Below, one piece after another: positions 62,066 through 64,000 of a stretch of DNA of 64,000 nt; position 1 is the first letter of the stretch, and every line of letters begins with the position of its first letter. Under the pieces are notes generated by a model, which searched no databases, had not been told where the DNA came from, and saw nothing but the letters and a program-made list of their open reading frames with translations. Made by a program: the position numbers and the translations under genes. Location of the stretch: the NCBI GenBank assembly GCA_023700255.1, contig JAJPRD010000003.1, positions 41,779 to 105,778 of the forward strand. The letters run 5' to 3'. This DNA comes from Candidatus Thalassarchaeaceae archaeon (GTDB taxonomy: Archaea > Thermoplasmatota > Poseidoniia > Poseidoniales > Thalassarchaeaceae).

Positions 62066-62374
62066 ATGTCTAGAAGAAGATCGAAAGATTTAGTTCGCCG
62101 AAAGACTCGTTCAAAAGAGGCTATTTTGGGTCTTTCTGACATTATTCTAAGTCCGGATGAAAACTCACATCGAGTTAGGGATATTGCAGCCAGAGACGTA
62201 CTTAGGATGAGTAAAAAGCACGGGTTAAGCAATAGGTCGATTTCTCGTATCTTTGTGTGCCGAGCATGTGAATCGGTGATGAGATTTGGAACCGACTCAA
62301 AAGTAAGAATCAAGAATAAATTAATAATTACTACTTGTGAACGATGTAATAAAATAACTCGCCGACCAATATGA
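62066..62374 (+). CDS. Ribonuclease P protein component 4 (Rpp21/Rpr2)-like
   Basis: CRAC...KVRIKN...TCERC..ITRRP zinc ribbon; ATG 62066 after GAGGT; directly upstream of YhbY, as in other archaea. Confidence 0.8.
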   Translation: MSRRRSKDLVRRKTRSKEAILGLSDIILSPDENSHRVRDIAARDVLRMSKKHGLSNRSISRIFVCRACESVMRFGTDSKVRIKNKLIITTCERCNKITRRPI

Positions 62375-62389
62375 AATGGATGTAATAAT

Positions 62390-62656
62390 ATGAATATACC
62401 TTATGCGATTAAAAAAAATGCTTTAGATAAAAATCTCGAAATTACAATTAGGGTGGGTAAACTTGGTTTGAATGATTCATTAATTGACGAACTAAAACAA
62501 CAATTATTAAGACGTAAATTAGTTAAAATGAAAGTTAATCAAGGTGTAGCACCAAGTGCATCTGATCGGAAAGAGTTATTCGATTCGATCTCATCTGAAT
62601 CTGGTTCTGTTTTAGTCCATCAAAGAGGGAATACTGCTGTGTTCTGGTCAGGTTAA
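62390..62656 (+). CDS. YhbY/CRM-domain RNA-binding protein
   Basis: IRVGKLGLNDSLIDELKQQL..RKLVKMKV...VLVHQRGNTAVFW. Confidence 0.9.
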   Translation: MNIPYAIKKNALDKNLEITIRVGKLGLNDSLIDELKQQLLRRKLVKMKVNQGVAPSASDRKELFDSISSESGSVLVHQRGNTAVFWSG

Positions 62657-62724
62657 TGGCGTATATTAATTAAAAACTCTAGTAAGTATTAGATGGAGAG
62701 ATATTTAGAGGTAATACAGTACGG

Positions 62725-64000
62725 ATGTTCATGATAAAGAATGTCCGAGGGCTTTCATCCCGTTCAATTACGTTTTACTTGTCGGCATTCTTTATTTCTG
62801 TCATTTCACCTATATCGGTTTCTGCATCTAGTTCTTCTGAGGGGATCTGGGAACCTGCTGCGATGCCAAGTTGGGCCGTTCCGGTTGCTATATCAATTTT
62901 AATTGGAGTTTACGGATTGATAGTTTTCGAAGTAGTACATAGGGCTCTCGCTGCAGCTCTAGGGGGAATCGCAGCAGTAGTTTCTCTCCATGTAGTCGGG
63001 GATGGACCAGACCTTATGGTAATCATGACTTGGATTGATTGGGAAACTATTGGATTACTTATCGGAATGATGGTGATGGTCGATATTCTTTCAAAAACAG
63101 GACTTTTCGAGTGGGCAGCAGTTCAGGCATATGCTCAGAGTGGTGGGTCTATTTGGCGTTTAACATTTATTTTATGTATTATAACTGCTTTATTCTCAGC
63201 ATTACTGGATAACGTAACTACTATTTTATTGATAGTTCCAGTGACAATTCAGATTTGTAAAGTTCTAGATTTACAGCCGGTTCCATTAATTATTGCTGAA
63301 GTTATGTTTTCTAATATAGGAGGTGCTGCTACGCAGATTGGAGATCCACCAAATATTATTATTGGTGCTCAACTATCAGCTCAGAGTCTAGATGGTACCA
63401 GCCTTATGGGGCAAGGGATAGGGTTTAGTGATTTTATAATTCATGTAGCTCCTGCTGTGTTGATAGCAATGATACCTGCTTTTTGGCTATTGAGGATAAT
63501 AGAGAAACCTGGGCTCTCAGGTAATAGGAGAAGGAATGTAGACTTATTGAGGATTCAATATGGCATAAAAGATGCAGCACTACTTAAGAAATCAGGAGCG
63601 ATTTTGATTGGAGTTATCTTACTATTTTTCGTCCATTCTGCAATCCCACATCCATTACTTTCTGTTGCTACTATAGCTCTCGGTGGTGCTGTTTTGATGC
63701 TTCTAGTGACTTCCCCTCATCGTGTAGAGGAACAATTAGATGCAGTGGAATGGACTACAATAATATTCTTTGCAGGATTATTTATAATGATCCATGGTCT
63801 TGAATACATGGGTCTTATTGAAATGATAGCAGATTTGATTACAGATACTATATTTAAAGCATCAGAAGAGAATCGGCTAATGGTAGCAATACTTCTTTTA
63901 CTTTGGGTTTCAGCTATAGCATCAGCATTCATTGATAATATTCCTTATACAGCTACTATGGTGCCTGTAGTGATAGAACTGGCTTCTAATGAAGCGCTTG
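62725..64000 (+). CDS. ArsB/NhaD/P-protein (IT superfamily) permease, truncated by the window end and absent from the ORF track
   Basis: Manual translation from ATG 62725/62731 stays open to the end: FEVVHRALAA, WIDWETIGLLIGMM, LDNVTTILL, SNIGGAATQIGDPPNIIIG, VEWTTIIFFAGLF, SAFIDNIPYTATM. Confidence 0.9.
   Translation, partial: MFMIKNVRGLSSRSITFYLSAFFISVISPISVSASSSSEGIWEPAAMPSWAVPVAISILIGVYGLIVFEVVHRALAAALGGIAAVVSLHVVGDGPDLMVIMTWIDWETIGLLIGMMVMVDILSKTGLFEWAAVQAYAQSGGSIWRLTFILCIITALFSALLDNVTTILLIVPVTIQICKVLDLQPVPLIIAEVMFSNIGGAATQIGDPPNIIIGAQLSAQSLDGTSLMGQGIGFSDFIIHVAPAVLIAMIPAFWLLRIIEKPGLSGNRRRNVDLLRIQYGIKDAALLKKSGAILIGVILLFFVHSAIPHPLLSVATIALGGAVLMLLVTSPHRVEEQLDAVEWTTIIFFAGLFIMIHGLEYMGLIEMIADLITDTIFKASEENRLMVAILLLLWVSAIASAFIDNIPYTATMVPVVIELASNEAL

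Noticed and set aside
1..64000. tRNA, rRNA, transposase, integrase or provirus
   Set aside because: Intergenic gaps are short with no cloverleaf or T-loop signature seen, and no ORF has mobile-element motifs. Small ncRNAs cannot be excluded by eye

Overview
Gene-dense, AT-rich archaeal chromosome segment. Archaeal markers include CarS, archease, AglB, ArcS, uS15, type II GAPDH, Rpp21, archaeal GluRS/PheT and GGTGA-type Shine-Dalgarno sites. Together with a bacterial-type DnaJ and Adk and many very large acidic surface proteins, this suggests Marine Group II (Ca. Poseidoniales, Thermoplasmatota); the taxon is an inference. About 36 protein genes are supported, the last truncated at the window end. 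I found no rRNA, tRNA, CRISPR array or mobile element. The first ~34 kb is dominated by cell-envelope genes: a 3174-aa oligosaccharyltransferase (AglB) with intact catalytic motifs, an extra N-terminal membrane domain and a ~1800-aa sequon-rich stalk; two giant DxDxDG calcium-binding repeat proteins carrying inserted domains (a lysine-less lipoyl-like barrel and a beta-propeller); a beta-helix/Ig protein; a membrane subtilase; CarS; and an NLR-like wHTH-STAND-TPR protein. The second half is mainly housekeeping genes interleaved with stalked surface hydrolases and unusual fusions (pyroglutamyl peptidase-Nudix; GXGXG plus a degenerate glutamate-synthase FMN domain), ending in an OCA2/P-protein-like transporter. 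All family calls come from motif recognition by eye, not from database searches.
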